A stretch of DNA of 64,000 nucleotides from Bugula neritina (Eukaryota; Animalia; Bryozoa). Position numbers and translations under genes: made by a program. The stretch lies in the NCBI GenBank assembly GCA_964035545.1, contig OZ037766.1, forward strand, positions 4,268,722 to 4,332,721. The letters are read 5' to 3'. Positions 1 to 14,279 of this stretch are shown here, piece after piece. Position 1 is the first letter of the stretch, and every line of letters starts with the position of its first letter. The notes below the pieces were generated by a model. That model was not told the DNA's origin. It saw only the letters and a list, made by a program, of their open reading frames with translations, and did no database searches.

Positions 1-949
1 CAGCTTCGTACAAATTAATCTCATTATATCAATAATTTATCAATTTTTCATGAACTGTCTCAGTCTGATCAACTTCAAGTTTAAGTGCAACTCATCATGA
101 TCATCATCATGAATCATGATGATGATACCTGGTGATATTGAAGTGTCCGTGATACTAATAATCATGCTGGTGATGAAGATGATCAACATCATGGCATATT
201 GCCGTCATATTGATATAGACATTTAAATTGATTTAATTTCAAGTTTAGAATCAAATTCAAAATCAATGAACTCTAACATTATGATTATCTGTTATCATTA
301 TGATTATGATTAATTTTTAAATTTACTAAAGGTAAGTCCAATGCTTATACTAATACTAATAGTAATAGTAAATGTAATGCTATTAGTATTAGTATTACTA
401 TTAGCAATACTATAATATTGAAACTGAAAGTTGGAGCAAATAAGTTGTTAAATAATGATTGATTATTTATTTATGATTTTAATTATATAATAATTATTAT
501 AATTATCTTTAAGTTTATGATTAATAATATTATACTTATAGTATAAGTAGAAAACTATAAGTATAAAGATGTTGAAGGTGGTTGTATTAACATATACTAA
601 TAGTAATAGTAATATAGTACTCTTTCACTATTACTAAACTTGGTTGCAGCGTTAAGTTCAGGGTCTAATAGTGATACAATGTCTACCTGCTGGTATAAAA
701 TTGTAGTAAAAGATCCGAAAAATGCTTAAAACTGTCAGTTTATTTATAGGCATATAGCAGTTTATATTAATACATATTATTAGTTATACTATCAACATAT
801 TTTATAATATTTTTTGTGTTATGGCTGTCTATCACAAACTTTAAATGAAATTGATCTCTTTGCAACTGAATGATATTTTCTGCCGACATGTAAGCTGTTT
901 CAACAGTATTTGTTAAAAGTTAAAAACTGAAAATGTGTGTTTGGCAGAT

Positions 950-2485
950 ATGCAAGAGATGGCACACAGAAATAAAGTACTCACCCTGTACCGGGCAATA
1001 TTGAAAACTAGTAGAACATGGGAGTCAGCTTCAAGAATTTCTTCAGATACAGAAAAAGAGAGCCTGTATATTGCTAGCGAAGCTCGACACTTGTTTAGGC
1101 AAAATAAACATGTACGTGCTGCTGCTCAAGAAATTTTACATTTTGATCTAACATATTTTACCATCAAAATCTGTATGTTTGTAACAGATTGACAGCATCA
1201 GCTTTTAAATGTTCAACCATATCTATTTTTAGCTTAGTGATGAAGATTCTATTAAAGCAGCAATCAAAGAAGCTGAAAGTCGACTTGAGATAGGTAATTA
1301 GCATCATGTCTGACTTTTGTTATATCGCTGTCTAAATACTGAAATCTTTCGGATCACCAGTGGAATTGAAATTCCTACTAGTAAGCTGCATATGTGTCTA
1401 AACAATCTAGTGTAAATTTTTGAATCACTAGTATAATTTGATGTTTACTTACTAGAAAAACGTGGATTTTATTGAGTTCTATATGATCTAGATATCTTTA
1501 GCTTACATAGTTATGAAAGATACTTTAGAATGTTTTAAAGGTAGTCTAGCTTGTTTAAGGTTTAATTTCTTAATCTGCTGTGAATTTTGATATTTTTTGT
1601 AGCATTGCATTACAAGAATCCTTGGCCTCGTCCAGTGAGTATATAGATATAATATTTTCGTAGTGTAATTTAGCACCATTGCTGTCAAAGTGCTCTGTAG
1701 TATAACAGTTACTGTAGTATTTTAATTGAATATGAAAATCAGGCCATAGTTAAAGAAGCATTACTACCAATAATTTCATGTGTGCTAAGCAATATAATAA
1801 AGTTTCTTTAACTCAACTAGTTTTCATACTTGATTGAAATATATATAAAAAACAATTTGTAAATGCTATTTTTCCTTTCTATACATTACTAAGTAAATTT
1901 ACCAAACAGTTGCTAAAAAAAGTTTTCCAATTATTATAGAATTAATGAGAAGTTATATAATCAAAAAATAAAGCAGATTTTAGATTTCTTTTCTCACTTT
2001 TTGTGCAACCAAGTAAATCATTAGCAGTAACTCAATGTAACATTTACCAAGCAAGTTAATTGTGTTGTTCAAATTTAAATAAAATATTATAAAGTATAAG
2101 GTATTAAGTGTTGTCATTACTAGGTAGAAATTTCTTCGAGTGCCTGCAGTTCATTTCATTCTGTGTATAAATGTGTGGTCACAAAAACTTCCCATAACTA
2201 TCTGTTTGTGGTGATATTGTATGCTTATGCTTTTTTGATGATTTTTCATCCTATGTGTATATATGTATATTATATGCACTACTTGTTTTTACACCATGTG
2301 CATTAGTTGCAGTGGGGCTTTCAGGCATATTTTGTTTTTGCTTACAGTCCCACATACCCCAACATTCGATGCTGCCACTTCGAGATAGACGTAGAAAGAA
2401 GTCAGACAAACTACTTAGCCAGTCTAAACCCGCTTACTTAAAGTCATACGACATTGGCGAGAAAGAGCAACCAGAAAAAGGCTGA
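950..2485 (+). CDS. LYRM1: LYR motif-containing protein 1 (4 coding exons)
   Basis: Exons 950-1111, 1233-1293, 1603-1634, 2348-2485 with GT-AG ends join in frame: MQEMAHRNKVLTLYRAILKTSRTW...EARHLFRQNKH/LSDEDSIKAAIKEAESRLEI/ALHYKNPWPRP/SHIPQHSMLPLRDRRRKKSDKLLSQSKPAYLKSYD. Matches the LYR motif and the LHYxxPxPRP and SKPxYLxS motifs of LYRM1. Confidence 0.9.
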
Positions 2486-2788
2486 GCTGGTAAAGAGATC
2501 ACAAGTGTATGGATAAAGAGCCAATAGGGAGAAGTTTAGGAAATGACACCATCGATTGATTAATGCTACCAGGTTTATTATTGCTTTGTGTGATTTTGTG
2601 GCTAGATTATGTAGCGTGAAAAAGAGTAAGTTATAAGAAATTTGTAAAAATAATCATTTTATGTCCTTGTATCGATTACCACAGTTTTTCCAATAAATAG
2701 TTTGCTTTGATATTGATGAGACCTACACAATAAATTCAACTATTTAAATTACAATAGTGGCATTTAATACAACAAGCTATGAAGTGTA

Positions 2789-4070
2789 CTAACTAAGTGC
2801 TGTCCTGCTTGATTGTTGCTTCACGGAATATGTTTGCAAATCCTCTGCTACTGCACAGTTAGGTCCAAAAGTCAGTTTAGCTTGTTCAAGTAAAGAATAT
2901 ATTGTTTTTTCTTGTTGGCTTCGTGACTCGGTGTATCGTTGACTAAAATGAGTTAGATATAACAGCTTAGCATTAGCCTGCAGTGCGAATTCAGCTGCCA
3001 TCTCAGGGGTGGAGTGACCTCTCTCAATAGCCTGATCTTTTAGCTCATTTTCCAAAGTTGCTTCATGAATATACACATCTGCATTCTGGGCTAAATAAGA
3101 AATATGTGATGAGTTCATAGAATCGCCGCAGATCACCACTTTTCTACCAGGTTGGTCATCTCCTAAGACATCCTTTAATGTAATTTGCTGGCCACTTGGT
3201 GAGCTAACTGCGTTACCATTTCTAAGTAATTTACAAACAGGTCCTGGCTCAATTCCAAATGATCTTAGTTTGTCTACATTTAAATTTCCTGGAATTGTTT
3301 GCTCTTGAATTATAAATGCAAATGAAGCTATTCGATGTTGGAGTTTTCCAGCTGTGACTGTTAATGGCCCTTCAAAAATTGGCCATTTTGGAACTCCATT
3401 TACCATCTCAGCTTCAATCCTTTCACCCTCATCTTCACAAGGATGCAGTTTTAGGTGGTCATCCTCTTCAAAGTTGCACATGCCATCTTCCTCTCCTCGC
3501 ATATCAACTGTTGGTACCAACTCTATTACTTTAAACCTATAAGCCAAATTAGCACGGCTCAAGCCAAGGGTAACTCGCAAGTACTTTGCTAAGCCAAGTG
3601 GCCCATAAATAAGAATAGGCGCATCTCGTTGGTTAGTCTGACCAATAGTACACATTAAGCCGCTGATGCCATACAGATGGTCTCCATGTAAATGAGTTAT
3701 AAATATTCTGTTGACTTTACCAGCTTTCAAACTACTTTTCATTAGTTGAATTTGAGTCCCTTCACCACAGTCAAACATACACAGATCATTTTCATACCTA
3801 GCAAATGAAAAAAGTTCTGTTGTAACCTTAACAATAGATGTGAAATAGTTTAATAAAAAAACTGTGCTAATCCTAACCATTTGACAGCGTTGTGTTTATG
3901 TAGAATATTGTGAAACAAAAAACATGTGCGAACACAAAATGTATACCATCAATCTCAGAAAGCATGTTCATGCATTTTGCCTACCTTAAAACAATACTTG
4001 AAGCAGCCTTTTTTGGAGTTGGATTGGCAGACGCAGTGCCCAGAAACGTTATTTCCATCATCGGTGCCAT
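2789..4070 (-). CDS. ELAC1: Zinc phosphodiesterase ELAC1 / short-form RNase Z (2 coding exons)
   Basis: Exon 1 4070(or 4061/4058)-3985 encodes MMEITFLGTASANPTPKKAASSIVL. Exon 2 3797-2789 carries DCGEGTQ, THLHGDH, the GP exosite (GIEPGP), GDS, HEAT, HST and THFSQRY motifs. The ORF-track start at 3880 is intronic. Confidence 0.95.
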
Positions 4071-4424
4071 TCTGGTCCTGTGGTACATTATAATAGTACA
4101 TCGCCAGAATTAAATGTGCAGAACGTGATTACAGAAACGGCCAGCACATTGTTACTTGTATTAAAATAGAAAGGTAATACATGACTTTCTGCTTAAATGT
4201 AATATTGTAGTAAACTTGTGGGTTTTGAATGCAACTAGTGCCTACATGCTCTAGAGAGAATAAGCCAAGTATTCTGAATACGAATGAAGATAACTTTATT
4301 AGCATCAAATACAGCTTATGTGGTCCTACTACCAGCGAGCTCCAGTAGTAGTCTGAACTACACTGGAACTCGCTGGCTTTTATATACAAGCGAGACAAAG
4401 ACATTCCTTTGTTGCCGAGATCGG

Positions 4425-4522
4425 GGTTCCGAAATGCCGAATATCGGCACTTCGGGACTCCGAAATGCCGAAACGCCGATTTTCGGCATATCGGCATTTC
4501 GGAAGACCGAAATGCCGATCTC
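4425..4522. repeat. GC-rich palindromic repeat cluster (CCGAAATGCCGA / TCGGCATTTCGG)
   Basis: Several direct and inverted copies of ccgaaatgccga within ~100 bp just upstream of ELAC1, in otherwise AT-rich DNA. Confidence 0.7.
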
Positions 4523-7148
4523 AGCAACAAAGGACACACACAAAAGAAAGCAACATTAGTAAAAGAAATATTACATAACTTCAGAATGCGTATTTCAGTA
4601 AAATTACATTATGTTGAGCTTTAACAGTAATTACCATACTTAGGCATTAGCAAGCTAACTTACTTAACTATAATTACGGAATTAAGAATGATACGCAACA
4701 GTATTTATAATATACTGTTGCACGCTGTTATTTCGAAACTAAAAGAGGGTGAAAATCCATTACAATATATCGATGTAAATTTTATATTCTAATTCCATAT
4801 TCAGTTTTACATTTACTTCTATTTAATTTTATACTTACAATTTCAAATACTTTATTTTGGTCAACAATAGTATTTAACTGAATAGTATTTAACTGAATAG
4901 CATTTAACTAAGTAATCGCAATTTTGTAGTAACATTATTCCGATTTTGTAATAACATTATTCTTTTTTAAACCTATTTTATAATAAGTATAACAATAAAA
5001 TGTGAAACAAAAATAAACTAATCTTGAATTTGATCCTGATACTCCTATCTCAACATATTTCTCCATCATAAACTAAATTGAACATAACTTTAAATACAGC
5101 CATTATATTTAGTTTTACCATAGTTTACCTGCACCTGCAAGCATCTGTCTAATGGCTTAGTACATAATCACTACTATTAGTTTTACTCCTACTTTTGGAG
5201 TTGGTGTTACTGTTACTCTAAGTAGTAGACAAGTAATACTTATAGTTATACTAATAATTATAATACCAAAGGCTACAATAAAAATCGATGGCAACACGGA
5301 CAATCATCATGATAGCTATTTATAACTATCAATACAATTAATACATGAAATATTTATTCAATTTATTCACAATGTCAGTTACAATATCAATATGAATAAC
5401 TGAGATAATCATGATCACTTGATGGGCTGCAACTGTAAGTGAACTTAGGAATGAGTTGATGTAATTTTAGTAATAATTCAAAATTTAAATCAATAAATAT
5501 AATAATAAATTTTTACCTTAAAACTAAAGTTAACCCATAATCATAATGAAGTGACTGAAATAATTATTAAATTTAATCCCTGAAGCTTAGGCCTGTGGGC
5601 TATATTATTGATAATCATAATGATAATGATAATGACTTAATTAGTGATTAATTATCTATACTTTAGACTAATGAGATTATATTTATTAACTTATTATTAT
5701 TTTAATTATGGTTAAACTTGGCACCTCTACTTTGACATAGTCACATAGTAAGTGACATAGCGACGTACGCCTACGGTTAGTCATTAGTGAGTTACAGTTA
5801 GTGTTACACCTGAGTTACCATTGGCTTACACTTGCACTTAGACTTAGTCTTACAGTTTGAATTACTTTTACTTTTAGTTTTAGTCTTACATTTAGTTTTA
5901 CACTTACAACTAACTTACACTTACAGTAAGTTACAGAACTTTAGACAAAAGCTAGCATAAAACACTAAAAGTAAATAGGTTAGCGTTAGTAATTGTATAG
6001 ATTTCAAATATTGAATTAAGTTTTTATTTCCCTTCAGTGGTGAAATTTCATTTCATTTATTAATTTCAACGAGTTTAACCATCAAACTTCATAGTGAATG
6101 TTTTTTTTTCTGCTGACCAAAGAGATAGAGGGCACCTCATAAGAGCAATTTTCAATATAGGAACCTGCGCCAGCTAAGCTTTCCCATTAATTTTCTTTGT
6201 AGCCTAAGTTCACAGTATTTCTCTCTACAGGATAGCAATAATAATTTTTTTATTAGCATTGTAACAGTAGCTAATTATTGAAAAGCTAGTTTAATATTTG
6301 ATTCTTTTGATTTGTTTTAGTTTGGGTCAACAATATAAGGTGCAAATTCTATCCTGATTGAAATTCTAATCTTTCTGTACATAATAATAATATGCGAATG
6401 CTGCATTTGTCTTGTCACCATGGCAACAAGACGACAGGGTCGTTCAACTTAGATTGAGATTGCCAATGAACTCAGAGAGCATGCTTAATTGCCAAATGCA
6501 GAGGTGCTTACAAAAATAGTAACGCTTTGAAGAGGGTTACATTATCAAACATTTCAATCACAATGACAGAGCCATCAAAGAATTAACAGTAAGTTGTTAC
6601 AAATATTAAATTTTATATGAAAACCAAATGATGACTGAGTGAGTGACTGACTGAATCGCTGACATTGAATTTGATAGTGATACTGATTCAATCAGTGATT
6701 GATTACTGAAATTGTCATTGTGATTGTGATTGACTTTGAGTGATACTGGTAGTGATTGTCAATATGATTATCATCTATGGACTATCACTATGGTGTATAC
6801 CAATATTACTATTAGTGCTGGTATACTGTCTAATAGTAATATGGTAATACTAATAAATAGTGCTTATGCCTTATAGATTAACTTATACTTATAATTATAC
6901 TTGAAGTTATACGTTTAGCTTCAAGGAGCACTAACAGTAGCAGTGAGCATTATCTTTATCGTATTCTTATTTATTAATATTTTTATAAAATTTATATTTA
7001 TACCAATACTAATAACTAATAAATTGTAGATCATTCTCAAAATTTAATCACACTGAAAATTAGCTATTCTTGATGCTATACTAACTGTTTGAAATCAAAC
7101 ACTTAAACTGTCCATTTTGATTACATATGTCATTTTTAGAGCTTCAAC

Positions 7149-10100
7149 ATGACTGGCATTATTCAAACATCTATACAGAATGATCCCACTCATCTAAAAG
7201 TAAAGCCTTCGCACACCGGCGCTCCTAAAACATGTGATATTGGAAGTTCAGTACTAGAACACCACTCTCGCAAAGTTTTTTACATCCAAGCGGATCACCA
7301 AGATATTGTTACACAAATTCCACCTGAAACTTTCTATAAGCTCAAACTAACACAACTAACTATTGTCAACAATGAAATTTCATCCATCCCCAATGAGATA
7401 TCCCATTTGCAAAACTTGCAACATTTAATTTTAGCCAACAACAAAATTGAAAAAATAAATGCCATTGTTTTCACTTTACCTCAGCTCACAGTTATCGATT
7501 TCAGTGGAAACAAACTCCAATGTGTTCCTGAAGAACTTGCTCAATTGGGCAAAACTTTACAGCAGTTGTATTTAAATGGAAACAACATCGCAGAGGTTAC
7601 AAGCAACATTGGAAATTTGGTAGAATTGCAGATATTGGGTCTTAATGATAACCTGATAAGTGAATTACCAGACGAAATATCAAATTGTCAAAACCTTAGA
7701 GAGCTTGGATTAGAGCGAAATCAACTAAAGTTTCTTAATGGTGAAATATGCAGAATAGAGTCTTTGAAGAAGCTTGGTCTTTCAGGCAACATGATGACCA
7801 ACTTGCCTAAGACCTTGGTTAACCTGACTGAGTTAGAGCTCCTGCTGATAGAAGACAATCAGTTTGATTTTGTTCCCATTGAGTTGTTCAGTCTGATGAA
7901 TTTAAGAGAGTTGTCTCTTGCTGGCAATTTTCTCACCAGTATTCAACCAGAGATAGGTAACTTGAAGCAACTCACATCTCTTAACCTTCAAGATAATAAT
8001 TTGCAGACGTTGCCAGAAGAGTTGTGGAAACTGGTAACTCTGGTAACTCTGTCACTTTCTGGAAACAGCCTAGGAAAACTTTCTCCTAGCGTCAGTAAGT
8101 TTTTGGTGTAAATGAAGTTTATTGTATAGATAGATATGTTTATAATAATTAGTTGATTGTGTTCTTTGCTTCATAAATGACAAACTCAATTAAATTAAAT
8201 CTAGAAGTGAATTGGATTTTCAAGTTAAAATGTAGAATACTTTTTATTATAGTTGTTACAGCTTTGTGATTACAATAAATGATAGCGTTTCTAATTTTTC
8301 TTGACCGACTATATTGAAGCAATAAAACCTAGCAGTAAAATTTGATGAAGTTAGTTTAGAATATTTATTATTTCATAAATAATTACACTATTGCCGACAA
8401 TATTCATAGAATTATTTGTATATAAATTGAGTAATTATTGAAATTGGTTTGGCCTTTCTTTAAGTGTGTAAATTTAGCTTTTCTTTGAAAAGGAAAACTT
8501 GCATGATTCCTCAAATAAAAGTTAGAAGTTCTATAGTTGATTACTCCAGGCTGATAACCTTGTTTTATTCAAAATGTTCAATTAAATTAATTTAGGAATT
8601 TCATTAGACTGCTAATAAATGCAGGTTGTTGTTCTTTTCAAATGATGTGATTCCAATTTCTACCAATATATCAAAAGGAATTTTATTAAGCGTATATTAA
8701 TCTTGAGCATGCATACTAGTAGCATTAAACTGTTTTTGTAGTTAAAGTATTTTTAAATAGGGATTTTTATTGTTATTAATTAATAGTTCTAGCTTAATTT
8801 GTTGTGCAAGCTATCTACATTTTACATTGCTTGCAGGTATATAGGCTTTAAACACCTATAATTTTTAGATTTTCATTCTGCTAAATGCTAAGTCTTTCAC
8901 ACATAAAAATGGACTTAAAATCGCAACAACCCTGTTTTTTAAACATGAACCTTGTATTTAACATTCATATTACAATTTAAATGATATTTCTTCTCTCCCC
9001 TTGACTATTATAGTTTTGATATGAAAGAATATTTTGCAGGTGAGCTCTATGATTTGGAGTCGTTGTACCTGTCACATAACCAGCTGGAAGCATTGCCCGA
9101 TGAGCTATCACTCTGTACGAACCTGGAAGTGGTTAGCTTGGCCCACAACCAGTTGACGAAACTTCCCGTGGAGATGATTAACTTACGTAGGTGTAATATG
9201 CAGCCTAAATTCTGCCTTTAACATAGGCTGTATAATAGGTGTAATCTGTGGAATAATAGACTGTAAGAGAGATGCAGTCTGTGGAATAATAGGCTGTATG
9301 ATAGATGTAATCTGTGGAATAATAGGCTGTATGATAGATGTAATCTGTGGAATAATAGGCTGTATGATAGATGTAATCTGTGGAATAATAAACCGTATGA
9401 TAGATGTAATCTGTGGAATAATAGACCGTATAATAGATGAAATTTGTGGAATATTTTGAAGTAAAAAGTTAGAATGTGTTATGTAATAGCAAATAATAAT
9501 CAGATTATGCTACATGATGGAAGGTATAATGCATGCAGCAAGTAACCTTCTATCTAGTGTCAACTGGTAATTGTATAATGATACAGACAGGCAGTAATAT
9601 ACATCTCATATATAAGTGCTTCTACATGTTGTGTGTTTTTCCTTCAAAATAATACTAAATCAATATCAATAACATAATATAATATAAAATATATTATTTT
9701 TCAGGAAAACTGAGAGAGCTGGACTTGAGCTACAATAAGTTTGTAAACATTCCTGACTTTGTGTCACTACAAGCTAACTTGGGGTCCTTGAATATGGAGC
9801 AGAACGAACTGGTGCATGTCGGACCCGAGTTTTCTACTCTTAAAAGACTGCAGACTCTCAATCTATCAAAAGTAAATCACATCTACTTGTTGTAGACTTA
9901 CACTTTAATATAGTGTATAGATATGATACTTATGATAAACATAAACTTTGTTTTAACATTATATTATAGAGTATATAATTATGTAATCAAATACAATATA
10001 TTATTATATTTTATAAATTATTGTAAGTTCTTCTATTTTTAGAAAGCAGACTGTTTTTCAGACGCCAATGCTTGTCCTGACTATAGCACATTTGCACCAT

Positions 10101-13100
10101 TTTGTATCACTGTAGACTATTGCCATATATTTTTCTAATATAAACTGGCTTGAAGCTTCTCTGTTGTCTTAAATTTTGTGTTTGTTTTTGTTCTGTAGAA
10201 CAAAATAACTAGCTTACCACAAGCTGTTTGTCAGATGATTGGTGTAGAGTTACTTGATGTTTCCCACAACCAGCTAGCGATGCTGCCTGAGGACATGAGT
10301 GGCCTCAGCAAATTTCGGTTCGTATGTTTACTAACCATAGATTTAGCTCCTAGCTAGTTATGAATGTTTCTTGTTTGAATTGGCAATTGTAGAGTTACTC
10401 AGTTCTGAATTTTGTTACGGTGAATAATACAGACTGTTGACTTTAGTTTCATGTGAATTTGTAAATGCAAAGTTACATAGTTCCAACTTTTGTTTCAAAT
10501 TGAAATGCATTTTATACGGATTTTCTTTTTAAATCTCAAAGCCTTTCAAAACATTTAAATGCTATTTTTTATTGTTTTTTTAATGGGTTTTCTTTTGTTT
10601 ATTTTTTACTTCTTAACTTTTATATTGTAAACTCCCAAGCCTTTCTCCATTCTCTATTCAAGTAATGGCTTAACACTATTACTGATTTGACTTTGTTGAG
10701 ACAGCATTAGTTGTGAGTCTCTATTTACTCTACAATATCAGCAGTGAACTTCTTTTTTTTAGTCAGTTTCAAGGACACCACAACAAGTTTTCCAGTTTTC
10801 CTCCAGTCTTGTGTGACATTGCATCTCTAGAGGAAGTGAACCTCTCTAACAACGGTGTTGTCACGGTTACGGCTGAAGTTGCAAATCTATCCAACCTAAC
10901 CAAACTCAACTTGAACAACAATCAATTTGAAGAGTTTCCATATTCGGTAAAAAAGATCAACTTTTGAATTTAATTTCATATCTGTACTCAGCCCTATAAA
11001 TATTCTAGTATGTCCTGCAGCTGTATGCATTTTGTAAATTGTAGTGTAGAAGCATATCTTAGTATTCACTCTTAGAAATGTATCTGTTACGTTTTTGTTC
11101 TGCTTAATTCCTAGATACTCTAAATTGTCAGTGTCGAAGTTATTTCCACTGTCCACTCATATTTTTTAAGGTGTAAACCCCACCCACACTGTAAACATAC
11201 ATAGCAGAAATTGAGCATCTAGAATTTTAGCTGAATATAGTTATAGCAAAAAATAAAGCCAGTCTTTCAACACACCATGTGAAAATAAAGTATGCAGCTG
11301 TTTATTGTTGCTTTTTTATCAGTTATTCTCTCAATAATATTATAGTTGCTTAACTTTAATTATGGCACCATTTACAGTCATAACCATAAAAGCTTAAATT
11401 TAAATCCACACAACTTTTTACTTGAAAGAATAAAATTGCCATGGTAATGTTCACCAGTTACGTTTACCTGCCAAGCATAAACTAAATTCATTCACTTTAG
11501 TCACTGTGTGTCAAACCTTTAGTGTTTCTACTGATTTCTTACAGCTATTTATGCTGTAATATGTATAATTCATACTTGCGGACGACACAAAATCAAATGA
11601 TTTCAGTATTATAGCAACATGATATATGATAGAATTGTATCCAACACATGTTGTTAGGTGTGCCAAATACCCAGCTTGGATATACTCCACATGAAGCAAA
11701 AGAAAGGCAGACGTATTGAGAACCTTCCAGAAGAAGATTTGGCAGCTCTACCAGTATCTCAGCTGTACTTGAGTCACAACAGCATCTCCTTACTTCCTTC
11801 TCAGATAGCTGACATGCCTAACCTCAAGGCCCTCTATCTCAATGACAACATTGTAGAACAACTACCTGCAGAGTTATGTCAGATGAGGAGTTTACAGGTG
11901 CTTTCAGTTTTCTCCAAGCACCATATTTTATGTTACTTTATATACATAGCTAGGGTTTTGTATTCTTGCTAAAATAATAAGATGACATGGGCTATTAGAC
12001 TTTAGCATTAGTATAATAATTTTCTTGCTTATTTTCTATGGCTTAAAACTGTAATGCTTATGCCATGAATCTGTATATTTATTATGTTTATAAAGATGTG
12101 CTTCACCACTAAAAAGCTTAAGTGAAGAAGTTTGCTATGTGCACACTACAATGTAGTATTACACTAAATTATTTATACATAACCAATGTTGCCATTATAA
12201 CTGTTCCAGTTGTCCAATAACTGAGTCTACATTTCAATACATGGGTAGACAACTTCTAATCATTGTAGTTTTTAATCTTAAGTTAATGTGAGTAATTTTA
12301 TTTTTAGTGTTCAATAAGACTTATATAAAGAGGTTTTCAAAAAAACTTGATTATATATTTTTCTGTTATATATGGAGTCTAGATTGATTTCTTTCTTCAT
12401 TCTGTGTTATATAGATTCTATGCAACTCCAGTTTTCTCATCACAGTATTTATATTCTTTTAGATACTTCACTTGCATGACAATAAGCTAGAAGCTCTACC
12501 AAATGGAATTGATGAGTTGACCTCTCTCACTGACCTCCGTCTCCATGGCAACCCCTTGAAAACTCCGCCTCTAGAAGTCTGCATTGGAGGTGTACTTCAA
12601 CCAATCGGATTGTTTCTCACCACACATGCTAGCAGACAAGGTAATATCTTAAGATACTATTTTGACATTTCAGGCTTGAAAAATATCTTGTTTGTTGACA
12701 TAGACTGTAGCACTAGTGCTAACACTCTAAAGTCTAAGGCATCGCAGTGTTTATAGCTCTGCGTTATGATGTCCCAATTTTGTCGCTCCTTAAAAATTTA
12801 TTAAGCACTTTTGCTTGTAGTGACACTAAGTTTTGGTAAGGTTTGACCAACATTGTTGACATGTTCACTTTAGTTGATGTTATAGTGAAATTATCCTACT
12901 AAAATATCTTGAAAATAATATATCATTTTGAAATTTAATTTTAGGGATGTTTTGTACAAAAGAGTTTTTAATTTTCACTTGAACTCTTGACCAGTCATGG
13001 TTTGAGTTTGAATATACTTATGAATAGTTATGAATTTAGACTTATATCTAATTTGATAAAATCCGTAAACTCACCATAGGAGTGGTACAATTTTGTATTT

Positions 13101-13683
13101 TTGGCCCTTGGTCTTCAATAAAAAAAACATTGACAAACACATTCTGTTTCAGAGATACTGATGGATAAGATGTGTGCTGTGGTGATAGATCTCATTGATA
13201 AAGATGACCTGAGAATGCTGTGGAGGAAGTTCAGATTTGATCATGATGAAATTTATTCCTTGGAGGTAGACTACAAAGGCAAGACTATGGTCAAACCTCG
13301 TGCTGCTGCGACTATGGCCTTATGGTTTGTTTACTGCTGACTTTTTTACTGCTGACTTCAATGCCGAATCCTAATTTGCGTTTTATTATGTAATTTTTTA
13401 ACGCATGTAGTGATGGTTCGAATTATTCTTTTTTTAATACTTTTCATTTAAACTTGTATTACTTGGATTATTGTGAGTTACTTGATAAAATGTAGACTTT
13501 TAGAAATAGTGTGATGATTGATGCAATGATTTGAACTTTGCTATTGCATATTTTAGGCGCAAAAAGAGAGCTTTAACCGCCACCCCTAATGAGTTAGTTC
13601 GAATCCTTCACCTTCTTGGTCTAGAGGAGCTTGAGAAAAAAACCAAATACATTAAACTTTGTGCGGAACGTACTTTACTTTAA
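7149..13683 (+). CDS. LRRD1: Leucine-rich repeat and C-terminal death-domain-like protein (LRRD1-like), 9 coding exons
   Basis: In-frame GT-AG exons 7149-8094, 9040-9186, 9705-9871, 10199-10317, 10763-10946, 11658-11897, 12463-12640, 13153-13324, 13557-13683. More than 20 LxxLxLxxNxL repeats, an LHGNPLKTPPLEVC cap, then a helical death-fold-like tail (DLRMLWRKFRFDHDEIYSLE...ALWRKKRALTATPNELVRILHLLGLEEL). The start codon may lie further upstream. Confidence 0.8.
9224..9452. repeat. 33-bp intronic minisatellite (aggctgtatgatagatgtaatctgtggaataat), ~7 copies
   Basis: Directly visible tandem copies. Confidence 0.9.
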
Positions 13684-14279
13684 GAGTGTCTTCAGTTAGC
13701 AAGACCAAATGCTTGACAAGCTATACAGGTGGTTGAATAACCTGTCACAGGTGGCCACTCATTCGTTGATTGGGAGAATAAGAAATATTAATTTATTTTC
13801 TTGAATTAGGATACTAAAAGTCTATAATTTTGTTTACTTCCTTGTAGATGTTTTCTGTGATCATAAATGTTTATTCTATGTTAGTTTAAGTGCGTAGTTG
13901 CTAATTGCAAAAGCTATCTTCAAACTTTATGGCGTATTTTTGTATTGATTAATCATTATTTTTTGAAAAGCAGATTTGTTTTAGAATTATCAGAGTATAT
14001 TTTATGTTATTTACAATCAGTGCTTGTGTTCATAGTTTTACAATAAGTATGTCTTTTGTTTTAGAGCTTCCAAGAACATAAAATAAAATCCAAGTTACAA
14101 TCTTTTTAATGGTGTCTATTAACACCATCATGCTTGTTTCTATATTAATAAACATATAATCTTTATCTTTATAAATCTGAAGCTATATCAGGGTAGTAAT
14201 TATGCCAAGGCAATAATTGAGTAGTGAAATAATAAATTGAACTCTATTGCTGTTAAACTGTTATAGTTATTCAATCCTG

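Noticed and set aside
1-660. ATC/AGT/ATT-rich low-complexity tracts (also ~5150-5960, 6600-7050, 31380-32200, including ORF 31602-31868)
   Set aside because: Simple-sequence DNA; the hydrophobic ORF is a composition artefact and has no supporting splice structure.
4129-4624. Four overlapping short ORFs
   Set aside because: Produced by the stop-poor palindromic repeat; no recognisable protein.
9224-9452. Regularly spaced repeats as a CRISPR-like array
   Set aside because: Head-to-tail units with no unique spacers, inside a eukaryotic intron, with no cas genes.
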